DNA of 64,000 bases from a virus. Under the pieces are notes generated by a model. It was not told the DNA's origin, did not search any database, and was given only the letters and a program-made list of their open reading frames with translations. This document shows positions 12,152 through 23,826 of this stretch, one piece after another (positions within the stretch are counted from its first letter, which is position 1; every line of letters begins with the position of its first letter). The stretch is taken from the IMG/VR virus record IMGVR_UViG_3300024999_000034, positions 96,001 to 160,000 of that record; one strand, written 5' to 3'. A program made the position numbers and the translations under genes.

Positions 12152-14254
12152 ATGAACAATTTAAAAATTAAAGCTTTTATTAAACCAAAATTTGATAAAC
12201 ATAATAGTTTTGATTATGGTGGATTTGATGTAGGTGAAGGTACTCCGTACAAGATTGTATCTATTAATTTTAATAGACGATCTATTACAGTTCACGAACC
12301 TAAATGGATTGATTATATGGCATTTTTAGTTGATATTGAACATGGAAGAACTACATCTGGATTTTGCGGATATACAACCAATGACTATTCATTTGATGAT
12401 ATTGAAATACAGTCCATAGATATTGATGGTAATGTATTATCTGAACGTGAAATGCAGAGTATGAGAGATATTGCAGAAAATGAACTTAGGTTAATGAATG
12501 AATATTGAGCAATTAAAACACAACTTTTAATTGAGAGTGGGTAATATGATGAAATATAAACAAGTTATTAAATATTTTACAAAAGAACTAAATAGAGAAT
12601 TAACTGAAGAAGAATGCAATATTGTTAAAATATCTTTTAGTTTGGGAGAACAAAATATGTTCGATCAAATGATAGATGAAGAATATTCAATAAATAATTA
12701 AAATTAAAAAAAGGATGATGAACACAATAATAAATAAAGAAAATAATCTATCAACCAAAATTCATAATGCCCTACTGCTTTGTCATCCAGACGATAATAT
12801 AGTAATTGAACTAGATTACTATGAACTTTCTAAAATTTACTCTACATTAAAAGCACAAGAATTATACGATGCTACTTTAGAAAAATGTTTAATGGATGGA
12901 TTTGATAAAGTTGATAATACGATTTCAATTGAAAAAGATAATGATATTAAAACCTTAAATGATAAATTCTTTAAAAGAGTTGATAAAAGCATTGAAGATA
13001 AATTAACATTAAAATATGGGGAGGTTACACAATGAGAAAAGGGCAAAGAGGTAAGTTCATAGGTCATAAAAATTATGATGGTGATTTACAAGGAGGAGAA
13101 TTTTTCACAATTACATATGTTGATGAATATTTTCCAGAAGAAAAGAAATGGTTAATTGAGGTTGAATTGGATACAGGAGAAACTACATTCTTATTAAGTG
13201 ATATGGTTGAAATGTCTACTGAAGAAAGTGATTTAATGACGTTAAAGATATTGGTTGATAAATATCCGGAGCAAGCTAAGTTTTATATAAAATTATTAGG
13301 ATAATTTAAATTCGTTCTTTGCTAGGAAAATAGAAAGGAAGTAATTTAAATGAAAGACAACAAAGAACTATTTATGAAAGAATATTTATGCAAATTGGTT
13401 GAACCATCCGAAGGATATCAAGAAGCATATAAATTATGGGTTAAATATCATTATGAATGTGAAAGATTTGACAAATTTGTTTGTACGGGAGGCACAGATG
13501 AATATGGATTTGTTAAACCAAGTGATATGCACGAAAGACTTTTAATTAATAGAAATTCTTCAAACTTAATAAATGATTTATATACAAAAATAAAAATAAT
13601 TGGAATTAGTAGTGAAGATTTAGAGAAAGCCAAAAGAGATGTAAATAGATTGACATGTAAGGGGTTAGAAGAAGAGTATAGGAGGTTATTTATATTACAG
13701 ATCAAGATAAACTAAACATTAAAGAAAAATATCAAAATTTAAAAGAATGTTATCAACACAATCCAGTAGCATTTTATGAAGATTTATGTCCAGAAATTAA
13801 GCTTCTACCATATCAAAAGACATTCTTAAATGCAATGATGTCAAAACAAAATGATTTTTATTATGTCAATCCTTATACGACACATAGAAGATGGTTATCA
13901 AATATGAGATTAGAATTAATGAAATTAATGCAAATGGATTTTACAGTATTGAGTCCTGGTAGTAGAGATGATTATGAAAAAGGTGTATTGGTTAAGACGG
14001 TAAAGAATAAGAAAGGAAGTAGTAAATAAATGAAAATGACAGATGAAATGTTCTTAGCTCTTAATTTTAAAAGAGAAAGTACCTACTGGCATTATCTAGA
14101 ATATAAAGGAACTTATCATGATATTAAAGTGAATTACAATGCTAATAAAGATATAGAACTTGAAGAAGTATTAAAAAAATTAAAAAGTGCATGGGTTAAG
14201 GAAGCTGAAGACAATCTAAGATATAGTTTTAGGAGTTTACTTGGTATAAAATAA
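12152..14254 (+). other. Run of small hypothetical phage ORFs
   Basis: 12152, 12715, 13032, 13350, 14030 and others with RBSs. Confidence 0.65.
12509..12534. repeat. 9-8-9 palindromic gene-boundary site
   Basis: GCAATTAAA-acacaact-TTTAATTGA immediately after stop at 12508. Confidence 0.65.
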
Positions 14255-14460
14255 ATTGTACTATACTAGATTAAATTCTTTATTTTATGGTAAATTGTAA
14301 GTATAGAAACGTGATTATAGCCTTGTTTTTGAATTTATATAATATTGAAAGTGGGTGAGTTTTTATGTTAAATCATAAATATTATAATCAGTGGCATTGA
14401 TTGTGAATTAATAAAGCACAAATAAAATAATAGATAAAATAAAGGAGTAGATAATATTTA

Positions 14461-15237
14461 ATGGCAAAAGTTAAGAAAGATGAAAATGGTTTAGTGGTTA
14501 CATATGAACAAAGTAGAGAGTCTATAGTAAAAGGTAATTCATGGGTTTATACTGATAGTTTAAATTTAGCTAAGACTATGATAGTAGAACACAAAGAAGC
14601 TCTAAAAAAGATAAGAAAAGTGTTGGCAGAATACAAAATATCAACGGGGGAAGATGCTCCACCCGTCACCGAAATACAAGAATACATATATAAACACACT
14701 GATTTCACATATGCAATCAATTATTATAAAGATGCTAAAGGAGAAATGAGACCATATTATAAATTATCAAAAGATTTATTAACTTTAGTAATGTTCTCAT
14801 TTCAAACAGAAAGAGCAAAAGAATTTAGATTACTTTATATAGCAAAATTCAACGCAATGGAAAAAGAACTAAATTGGTATAATGCTAGATACTTGGGCAT
14901 TGTTACAAGAAATTATATGACTGATTGTATCAGGGATTATTACGATGGAAATCAATCTAAAGAAAATCCATACGTAGTATTTACAAATTTAGTTTATTCA
15001 ACATTATATGGTTATGATGCTTATAAATTAAGAATGATACATAAATTACCCAAAGGCGAAAATATAAGACCTTGGTTATCGGACGAAGATGTTAAGATTG
15101 TTGATAAAATGGAGCAAGAAGTTGGGACTCTTATTTCTTATGGAATATCATTGAAGGAAATTAGGTCTATGATCGGTAAGAAACATGGAAGCAATGATAA
15201 GAGAGAATTAGTTTTATTGAGTGAGAAAAGAAAATAA
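14461..15237 (+). CDS. Rha-family phage regulatory protein
   Basis: DSLNLA..EHKEALKKIR..YYKDAKGEMRPYYKLSKD..YIAKFNAMEKEL Rha pattern. Confidence 0.8.
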   Translation: MAKVKKDENGLVVTYEQSRESIVKGNSWVYTDSLNLAKTMIVEHKEALKKIRKVLAEYKISTGEDAPPVTEIQEYIYKHTDFTYAINYYKDAKGEMRPYYKLSKDLLTLVMFSFQTERAKEFRLLYIAKFNAMEKELNWYNARYLGIVTRNYMTDCIRDYYDGNQSKENPYVVFTNLVYSTLYGYDAYKLRMIHKLPKGENIRPWLSDEDVKIVDKMEQEVGTLISYGISLKEIRSMIGKKHGSNDKRELVLLSEKRK

Positions 15238-15251
15238 TAAATAAAATAGGA

Positions 15252-15953
15252 GTGATCAATATACAATACTTTGGAGGCAAAACACGTACAGCAAAAGATA
15301 TTGTCCAATGTTTAAATAGTTATAGAAATTCAAATCAAGACTACATAGAACCATTTGTAGGAGGAGGTATAATATTAAGCAAAATATCAGATAAAAGAAT
15401 AGCATATGATAAACATCCATATCTAATAGCAATGTATAAAGAGTTACAAAAAGGGTGGATTCCGCCAGATAGTATTACTAAAGAAGAATACTATTACATA
15501 AAAAATAATAAAGATGAAAAACCACATTTGACAGGATTTGTAGGATTCGGATGTAGTTTTGCAGGAAAATGGTTTGGTGGTTATGCCTCAAATTCAAGAG
15601 GAGATAATTATTGCTTAAATTCTAAGAATTCTATATTAAGAAAAATGAATACACTTAACGATGTTTGTTTTGAAGTAGCAGACTATAAAGATTTAATATT
15701 TAAAGATTGTTTAATTTATTGTGATCCTCCATATCAAGGAACTACACAATATGGATTAGTTGGAGAATTTGATTCAAATGAGTTTTGGGAAACTATGAGA
15801 AAATGGTCACAGGATAATACAGTAATAATTTCTGAATATAATGCTCCTGATGATTTCGAATGTATATGGGAAAGAAAAACAAAAACCGAGATTAGGAATA
15901 GCGAGAATGTAAGAGAAGATAGAGTAGAGAGATTGTATACATATATAAATTGA
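15252..15953 (+). CDS. Dam-like (D12 class) N6-adenine DNA methyltransferase
   Basis: YFGGKTR, EPFVGGG (motif I), YCDPPY (motif IV). Confidence 0.9.
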   Translation: MINIQYFGGKTRTAKDIVQCLNSYRNSNQDYIEPFVGGGIILSKISDKRIAYDKHPYLIAMYKELQKGWIPPDSITKEEYYYIKNNKDEKPHLTGFVGFGCSFAGKWFGGYASNSRGDNYCLNSKNSILRKMNTLNDVCFEVADYKDLIFKDCLIYCDPPYQGTTQYGLVGEFDSNEFWETMRKWSQDNTVIISEYNAPDDFECIWERKTKTEIRNSENVREDRVERLYTYIN

Positions 15954-16365
15954 ATAAAAGAATAAATAATATTGTTAGATTAATTGCAAAGCAATACATA
16001 TTGTGATATTATGATTATAGACAAAAACATTAGGAGGCTTTATTTATGTAAAAAGAAATCATTGCCTATATTATGGTATGGATTGAAGAGGAAGAAAAAT
16101 GGTATTATTTCATCGGAGATTTTAATAGAGGTCAATTTGTGAATGGATATAGCGATTATTTTATTGAAGTTGAGAATAATATTATAATAAATGATTCCTA
16201 TGATCATACAAATAAAGGAAATATCTTTAAAGATTGTTATGATATTAAATTATGGGGGATAGTGTAAAATTCTAAATTATAGGATTTTAAAAGTGGCTTA
16301 TATCAACGCTTTTAGAGTCATAGAACCATTTAAAATTTACATTTTATGGTATTATAATATCTCTA

Positions 16366-16470
16366 TTTACTTTTACTATAAAATAGTGTACTATTGTGAA
16401 TAGGTGGAGAAGTGTTTCATAAAGGCAACTCCTCACCGAAAGAGAGACCTTTAGAAAGTCTCTCTTTCTA
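16366..16470 (+). ncRNA. Candidate ~70-nt small RNA with own promoter and terminator
   Basis: TTTACT-17-TACTAT, then bulged stem GGTGGAG..CTCCTCACC and 11-bp hairpin GAAAGAGAGAC/GTCTCTCTTTC (16438-16468). Confidence 0.35.
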
Positions 16471-16505
16471 ATATTTAATTACCACATAAATAGTAAAATA
16501 AATGT

Positions 16506-16534
16506 TTGCATTATTAATAGTATTATGTTATAAT
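16506..16534 (+). promoter_or_regulatory. SigA-type promoter, extended -10
   Basis: TTGCAT-17 bp-TGnTATAAT. Confidence 0.7.
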
Positions 16535-17411
16535 TATTAAGGGATGATATAGAGAGGAGGCGATACATATAAAAACCAAAAGTGATATTTGCAATAGAAT
16601 AATTGAATTAGACAAAAAATTAAAAATCATCAGACAATCAATAGTTGATTCGGAAAATACTCCTTACTCATATTTAAATCAAGAAGATAAAAAGAATGCG
16701 CTACATTATTTTCAAGGTGAAGTCGCTTCATTATATTGGATGCTAAAACAAAATTAAAAATTTTAAGGAGCGATAATTGTGATTAATGTTAAAGAATTTT
16801 TGTTAAAAAATAATATGGATTTTGGAACATATGCTTTAGTAACTTACAACAATAAAACAGAGGCAACTTTGTTTTCCAAACATAATTTTAAAGGAGAGGA
16901 TTGGTTCTTAGAGTCTCCCTGTGTATTATATAAAATAATGGAAGTGATAAAACCAATTGATAAATTTGCAAGGGATTATGTAAAAGACTTATTAGAAGAA
17001 GATGCAGATATAGAGGATTATATCAATAAACACGTAAAGCCAATGATAGTAGATGATATACTATATGAAATAGAAAACTTTCAATGTTCTCCATATTTAC
17101 CTAAAGAAGTAGATGGGATTGAGTTAATAAGTGAACGAGAATGTCTAATTTATATGTTAACTCAAACAAAATAGTTTGATTATATTATAATAAAGAGGTG
17201 AATTTTATATGAAATTTTATCAATTATATCTAGCCAATAAATTAACTCTTAATGACATTGACGATTATTTTGTACAATGGCATAATAGTGACAGTGAAGA
17301 AACAATTTATGAATTCTTAGGCATGACTGAAGATGTTTATAGATTGTGGGTTGATACTTGCCAGTTACAAAGATTCACAAATATAATATTAAAGGGAGAG
17401 TGAAAAATATA

Positions 17412-17981
17412 ATGAAAACAATATGTTTTACAGGTCATAGACCAGACAAACTCAAAGGCGGTTATAATTGGGACTCATTAGATAATCAAAAACTTAGAGG
17501 AAAATTGTGGAATTTAATAGTCGATTTAATTAACACTACATCTAAAGATTTAGATGAAAAAGACTTTAAATTCATTTTTGGAGGAGCAATCGGAATTGAT
17601 CAAGTAGTGTTCTCTATTTGTGAGGAATTAAAACAAACTATTGTAAAACATGGCATTTTCACAATTAAATTAGAATTAGCTATTCCTTTTGAAAAACAAG
17701 CAAGTAAATGGTTTGAACGTGATGTGGATAGGTATGAATTACAAAAGCAACATGCAGATATAGTAACATTTGTTGATTCAATTGAAGGATATGAATTCAA
17801 AGGTGTACCTGTAGGTGAATATCATCCTGCCAAGATGCAAATTAGAAATCGTTATATGGTTAATAATTCAGATATTGTTATTGCTGTATGGAATGGTAGC
17901 AAGGGTGGTACTGCTAATTGTGTGAACTATGCCAAGAAACAAGGCAAAGAGATTATTGTTATGAATCCAGATGAGATTTAA
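17412..17981 (+). CDS. DUF1273/YspA-type SLOG-superfamily protein (start reassigned to ATG 17412)
   Basis: CFTGHRP, GGAIGIDQ, RNRYMVNNSD..VWNGSKGGT.NCV.YA. Confidence 0.85.
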   Translation: MKTICFTGHRPDKLKGGYNWDSLDNQKLRGKLWNLIVDLINTTSKDLDEKDFKFIFGGAIGIDQVVFSICEELKQTIVKHGIFTIKLELAIPFEKQASKWFERDVDRYELQKQHADIVTFVDSIEGYEFKGVPVGEYHPAKMQIRNRYMVNNSDIVIAVWNGSKGGTANCVNYAKKQGKEIIVMNPDEI

Positions 17982-18860
17982 AGAAAGGAGAGTGAAATAA
18001 TTATGTGGATTAGAAGTCAAGACAAAAACAGTTTAAGAAATTATCAAGGAATTAGTGGTGATTCTGATACAGTATGGGGTGATTCAAATAATACAAATGA
18101 TTCATATGTTTTAGGTCAATATAATACAAAAGATAGAGTAATGGCAGTGTTAGATGATATTCAATGGTGGATTGCTTATGATGAACATTATTCACGATCA
18201 GGAGAAAATAATTCTGGTTGTAAAAATAATAGGCATACAATTTATCAAATGCCAGAAAAATAAAATAGGAATAGGAAGGAGATATATATATATGCTAACA
18301 CGAAAAACAGGAAAAGAATTTAGAGATTCAGGACTTCTATGGTTTATTAATTCTACTTTACACCTATTTGGTTGGGCAATAGTATGGAATCCAGACAATG
18401 ATGAGATATATCCTGCAAGAGTAAAATTTAGAGGATTTGATGAGAAAAATGTTACTGAAGGATATATTAAAGTTTCTAATTATTTAAAAGAAAATATTGA
18501 TGAATTATTACAAGAGGCAAAAGATTAATAATAAAGGAGGAAACAATATGAAAATTGTAGCAACAAGCAATTATGCTCAAGATAATTTTAGTGAATATGT
18601 TATAGCTGAAAATCTTAATAGTTATTATGGTAAATTAATTTGTGATTTTCTACAAGATAAGGTTCAAGATGGTGATGATGTTTGGCCTACATTGGTGGAG
18701 GATGATTATGTGCCGTTTGTGTGGGAACCTTGATGTGTTTGGATTAATTTAAGGAGGTGAAGTTAATATGTATGGTGATAATTACATAGAAGATGATCGG
18801 TAATAATTAGGGAGTTTATTCTCCCTTCTTGAATTAATTAAATTATAAAATAAATATATG

Positions 18861-18890
18861 TTGACATAGTGTTAGGTTGTATGTTATAAT
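18861..18890 (+). promoter_or_regulatory. Consensus SigA promoter
   Basis: TTGACA-18 bp-TGnTATAAT. Confidence 0.8.
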
Positions 18891-19580
18891 GAAGTGTAGA
18901 AGAAATATAGGTGAGAGGAGTTGAATAAATAATGACTTGTGCAAATATAATTAATGGTTACTGCAATATTTTAGATATCGAGTGTAAACATCCAGAAGAA
19001 AACAATCCTGATAATTATAATGAGGAAACTGGATTTCCATGTATTTGTGGAATGTTCACACCAGAGGAATAAGTAAAAGGAGGTGATAATGCAATTATGT
19101 GTTTTGTAAAAGTTGATATCAATACAATTACTGAAGAAAAATGTAAAGATCCTGAATTCAAAAGAGAATATGAAAAAGTTAAAGAAAGATATAGTGGTAA
19201 AAATATTGGTAAGAAAAGATATAGAGCAATTGATAGGGTTAGAATGAGGGAGAAGTAATATAAAATAAAATACAAAAGGAGAGATTGTATATGTTATTAG
19301 TCGATTGGCCTATGCCACCTAAATGTTCTCTATGTCCTTTTTATAGTTTTATTGAAAGTGATAATTGCGGTGATTGTCTTTTACTTCATGATGATTATAG
19401 TGAAATTGACGCAGGATTTGAAGGTAAATTAGATATATGTCCTTTGATTGAAGTTGAGTAATTATTAAGATTTGTAGATTTTGAGAGGAGGTGAGAAGCA
19501 TAAGCAAGAAATATGTTGTGTATGGATTTACTTAGGTATAAATTAAATTTTAACAATTATGAAAGGATGATTAAACAATT

Positions 19581-19823
19581 ATGATTTCTAAACAAACAAA
19601 TATACAACAAACTAAAAAAGATTATTGTATAATGTCTTTACAACTAGCTCAAATATTAATGAATAAAGGTTATGAATTACATAATACAGCACCAAATAAA
19701 AAATTCCCCAATCTAAATGTTTATTATTTTTACTACAATGATTTAATTGAGCAAGAAGTAAAATTATATGAACAAAACAATAAAAGAAATAAATTTAACA
19801 AAACATTTTCTAATCGTGTTTAG
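19581..19823 (+). CDS. DUF5659-like small protein
   Basis: SLQLAQILMNKGYEL..APNKKFPNLNVYYF pattern. Confidence 0.6.
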   Translation: MISKQTNIQQTKKDYCIMSLQLAQILMNKGYELHNTAPNKKFPNLNVYYFYYNDLIEQEVKLYEQNNKRNKFNKTFSNRV

Positions 19824-19844
19824 CGAGTAGGAGAACATTATTCT

Positions 19845-19970
19845 CTCTTATTAAGAATTAGTTACTCTTATTACACCTTATTAGGCGTACTGGATTTAAC
19901 ACGGGTAAAGTTAGGGATACCTTAGATTAGGCGTACCAGATTTAGTACGGGTAAAATTTTACCTTATTTA
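19845..19970. repeat. Iteron/origin-like direct repeats
   Basis: 30-bp repeat ATTAGGCGTACnnGATTTAnnACGGGTAAA at 19880-19909 and 19926-19955 (26/30 identical), plus tandem (C/T)CTTATTA units upstream. Confidence 0.7.
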
Positions 19971-19998
19971 TGGATTAAAATTTAGCAAAGGACAGTGA

Positions 19999-21288
19999 AT
20001 TAACATTAAACAAATAAACAAAGAACAAGATAGAGAATTTTCCAAGATTCCAAATAAGCTTTTCTATACTAAAGATGAAGGAGAGAAAAGTATTTTAGAA
20101 AAATCAGACTTTAATGAAAAAGCATTATGCATTTTAGATTATCTATATATGGGAACTGATAGAAGAGGTATAATTAGATTTACAATTGAAAACATGATAA
20201 AACAATGTAGATTTAAAATAAGAACTGGAGAAAAAGAATCGGCATCTCAATTTAAAAAGATATTACATATGTTGCAAAGACAATCAATAATACAAATTCT
20301 ATCAGACAATGAAAATTTAACATATAGCCCACTGATAGAAAATTATAAACTAAAAGATTTAATTATGTGTTCTTTAATGATAGATTTGACCGAACAATTT
20401 GTTTTATTAGATGCAAAAGAGAAAGATAAAATATATGGATATGATGAAGAGAAAATAAATCATTTAAGACTTTTATTATATTATTGTTACTTGAAATGTA
20501 GAATACATAAACGTAAAAAAGGTGATGAATTAGTTAAGTCAGGAGGTAGGGCAGAAGTATCATATCCAACATTTGAAAGAATTAATAAAGATTTAGGTCT
20601 TACAGATGATACAATTGACAAATATAATAAGATTCTAGTTGCTTTAGATATGATAAGATATAAGTCAGCAGGAACTTGGTACTATAAGACAGATCCTAAT
20701 AAAATAGTAAGAGAAAGTGTTAATTTTTATGCTTTATTTACTGATGAAGAAAATACACAGCATCATTTAAAAGAAGGAATAAAATTCTTTAAGAATATGG
20801 AAAGAAATTCTGACAAAGTGTTTACAGGAAAAAAGGATTATAAAAATAATAATAAAGTGTTAAATGGTGAGCTTGGGTCTATTATTAAGAAAGAGAAGAA
20901 AGGCACTGCTACAGCAGAGGATATTATTAGAAAGAATCAGATTATATTTTCTATTACTGCCAATGAAGAGCAACATGGTATTCAAGCATTGCTAGATTCA
21001 AATCCTGATACATTACTTTCTGATATTTATAGTAGTTTTGGTAGTGAAAATAAAGCAGATAAATATTATGAATTAGAGGAGTCATTAGGATTACTTGACA
21101 CTGGTAAGGAGTTTGGTGTTGATTTTAAGTATTATAAATGGATAATGATGAATTATGATAAAGAAGAGCATGATAAATTTGTACATTGCGTTAATAATAA
21201 AAAGAAAGCTCAATTAACGAACGATGATATAATATATTTTGCCGATCTAAAACCACAAAAACATAAGGGATTTGGTCAAAAGATATAG
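19999..21288 (+). CDS. Winged-helix, replication-initiator-like protein; frame open from ATT at 19999 (ORF track starts at 20149)
   Basis: VSYPTFERINKDLGLTDDTIDKYNKIL HTH_36-like motif; AAGGA 6 nt before ATT; in-frame stop at 19996. Confidence 0.55.
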   Translation: MNIKQINKEQDREFSKIPNKLFYTKDEGEKSILEKSDFNEKALCILDYLYMGTDRRGIIRFTIENMIKQCRFKIRTGEKESASQFKKILHMLQRQSIIQILSDNENLTYSPLIENYKLKDLIMCSLMIDLTEQFVLLDAKEKDKIYGYDEEKINHLRLLLYYCYLKCRIHKRKKGDELVKSGGRAEVSYPTFERINKDLGLTDDTIDKYNKILVALDMIRYKSAGTWYYKTDPNKIVRESVNFYALFTDEENTQHHLKEGIKFFKNMERNSDKVFTGKKDYKNNNKVLNGELGSIIKKEKKGTATAEDIIRKNQIIFSITANEEQHGIQALLDSNPDTLLSDIYSSFGSENKADKYYELEESLGLLDTGKEFGVDFKYYKWIMMNYDKEEHDKFVHCVNNKKKAQLTNDDIIYFADLKPQKHKGFGQKI

Positions 21289-21488
21289 AGGAAGTAACAG
21301 AGGAAAAGCCAGAACCATTTGATGATTGGTTTGAAGATGATGATAATTATGAATACGAAATGACAGAAGATGATATTCAAGCAATGCATGAGATAGAACA
21401 ATTAAATCGTGCTCAAATTCCAGATGATGTATTAAGAGAAATAGAAAGAATGGAAAATGACAACGAAGATGATGATTTATTTAGTTAA
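21267..21488 (+). other. Start-less acidic reading frame (-1 relative to the Rep-like ORF); probable frameshifted C-terminal extension
   Basis: Frame 3 open 21267-21488: ..KDIEEVTEEKPEPFDDWFEDDD..EDDDLFS; junction GGT CAA AAG ATA TAG. Confidence 0.55.
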
Positions 21489-22278
21489 GTGATAGTCAGG
21501 GGCGGTAACTCCGTCCCAAATAATTCCCTACAATATACGTGGGAGGTGAGATTAATGAATATGGATGAAGTATATAATAAATTAGGTTATAAGAATCGTA
21601 TGGATTATATCGTTGGTATGAGTAAGATAATGAATTCTTCCTTAGAAAAAGATATTAAAAGATGTGATAATGATAAGTTTGATAAATTTATGCTTTTTCT
21701 TTCAAGTAATGAAGATTTTGAATATGTTCCATTGAGTGAAATATTAAAATAAAGGAGATAAAACAAAAATGATCACACAATTACCAAACGGAATCCGCAT
21801 AATAACTTTAGGTGAAAATAATACTCAAGTCAGTCAAGTTGTTCATAAAGATGAAACAGAATCAAAAGGAATATGTTTTTGCAATAGTTTCTTAGAAAAT
21901 GGCAAACCTTCAAATGATGGTGTAATTATTAATATTGTTAATATTGAAGGCGTAGTGAGTTATATTAAAGCATTATCAGACATGTTAGCAACATGGGAAA
22001 TTGAAGGTGCAGAGAAGGAATTAGAATTATTGAGAAAGAGTTTGGAGGAATTAAGACAATGAATAAGATTACATACAATAATAAAACAATAAATACTACT
22101 TCAAAAGGTGTATTTATAGACGATATTTTTGTTCCTTATAAGAAAGGAATGAAGGGTAATTCAACTTCAATTATCAATGGGAAATTTATGTTGATGGATA
22201 TGAGCTTAAAGCAGGAAAATGGAAGAGAACATTTATGTCATTATGGAATTTAATATTTTAAGGAGGAGACAAAAAACC

Positions 22279-22998
22279 ATGCTAAAATTCATAGGTACAG
22301 GTTCAGCATTCAATACTAAATTAGGAAATACTTCAGCATATATAAAAGAAAATAATACATTATTACTCATTGATTGCGGTGAATTAACTTTTAATAGAAT
22401 CTTAAAACTAAATCTATTATCAGATGTAAATGAAGTACATATTGCAGTAACTCATTGTCATCCAGATCATATAGGTAGTCTAGGGAGTTTCATATTTTAT
22501 TGTCATTTCATCAAGAATATTAAACCAACATTCCATGCTGCTAATTCTGATTTTATTGAATTGCTTGAGATTATGGGAGTTACAGAAGATCATTGTGAAT
22601 TTGATAATTGTGTTGTGAATCAATATGCAGAAATAAATAAATTAAATCTTCAAATGCTATTTATACCAACTAAACATGTCAAGGAAATAACTTCTTTCGG
22701 AATATTAATTCTCAATCTAAATACAAGGAAGAGTTCTTATTATAGTGGTGATAGCAATTCTATTCCTAAATCTATTTTATACGGATTGGAATGTGGCGAA
22801 CTTCATTATTTGTATCAAGATACTTGTAAAGCTGATTATGATGGAAATGTTCATTTGTCATTGAGAAAATTATGTGAACTTATTCCAATGGAATATCGAG
22901 ATAGAGTGTATATTATGCACACTGATGAAGGTTTTGATTTTGATGAAGCAGAGGGATTAGGATTTAAGGTTGCAGAGATTGAGAAGGGAAGTGATTAA
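22279..22998 (+). CDS. apyc1: MBL-fold metallo-hydrolase, Apyc1-like cyclic-nucleotide phosphodiesterase (start ATG 22279)
   Basis: MLKFIGTGSAFNT, LLIDCG, THCHPDHIGS (HxHxDH), YSGDS, YQD..VHLSL..L..VYIMHTD. Confidence 0.65.
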   Translation: MLKFIGTGSAFNTKLGNTSAYIKENNTLLLIDCGELTFNRILKLNLLSDVNEVHIAVTHCHPDHIGSLGSFIFYCHFIKNIKPTFHAANSDFIELLEIMGVTEDHCEFDNCVVNQYAEINKLNLQMLFIPTKHVKEITSFGILILNLNTRKSSYYSGDSNSIPKSILYGLECGELHYLYQDTCKADYDGNVHLSLRKLCELIPMEYRDRVYIMHTDEGFDFDEAEGLGFKVAEIEKGSD

Positions 22999-23157
22999 AC
23001 AATGAATAATTCTACATTAATCATAGATGCACTACACCAAGTTAATTTTCTATTTGATCTGGAAGATGCAACAGGAGATTTTCCAGAACCGGAATGGCTA
23101 GAGGCCAAAAGATTAGTTAAGTTGGCATTAGAAGAATTAAAGGAGATGGATAAATAA

Positions 23158-23628
23158 ATGAGCAAAAACATATCAAATTACACAAGAAAACAAAATATTA
23201 AAAATATACTCGATAAAATCATAATCAAAATATTCGATATGATTCTCTATCCACTAAGATATATCTATAAACATAAATATGATGGTTCTGAATTACAGTC
23301 CAAAAGAAAAGTCAAGAAAGCATATAAGAAGTTAAAGAATGATATTTACAAAGAATTATTATGTGAAGATCATATTTATATTACTGATTCTTTTGTAGGT
23401 TCAGACAATGATGGCTTAAATATAGTTTCAATAAGTGAGTATTATACTCTATTGCATTTTTCAAAGAAAACTTCTAAGGTTATATTTAATGAAATAGAAG
23501 AGATTTTAAGAGCAGATGAGAGTTTAGTAGTTGAGAGCGTTAAAGTTAAGGATGTGTTTAAATATGGTTGTTATAAGGAAGACAGTAGAGTTATTAAGGT
23601 TATGATTATTGATAAGGAGGAGAAATAA
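23158..23628 (+). CDS. Hypothetical protein
   Basis: 156-aa ORF with RBS. Confidence 0.65.
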   Translation: MSKNISNYTRKQNIKNILDKIIIKIFDMILYPLRYIYKHKYDGSELQSKRKVKKAYKKLKNDIYKELLCEDHIYITDSFVGSDNDGLNIVSISEYYTLLHFSKKTSKVIFNEIEEILRADESLVVESVKVKDVFKYGCYKEDSRVIKVMIIDKEEK

Positions 23629-23826
23629 ACTATGAATAATATTGCTTTTACTGAAGAACTTAAATTATTACTAAACAAATATAATGTTTCTATTGTTAAA
23701 AATGAAGATGGATGTTTTTGGTTTGATGAAAATGGTGTTCCTATTTTGTTTGCACCAATGCAATACTCATAAAAGGCATGTTCGGAAAGTAAATTATACA
23801 AAAATAAAAGAGGAGAGATAAAAATT

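Noticed and set aside
16420-16450. Resemblance to a c-di-GMP-I riboswitch (GGCAA..GAAA)
   Set aside because: The conserved GACGCAAA-type P1/P3 elements are missing.
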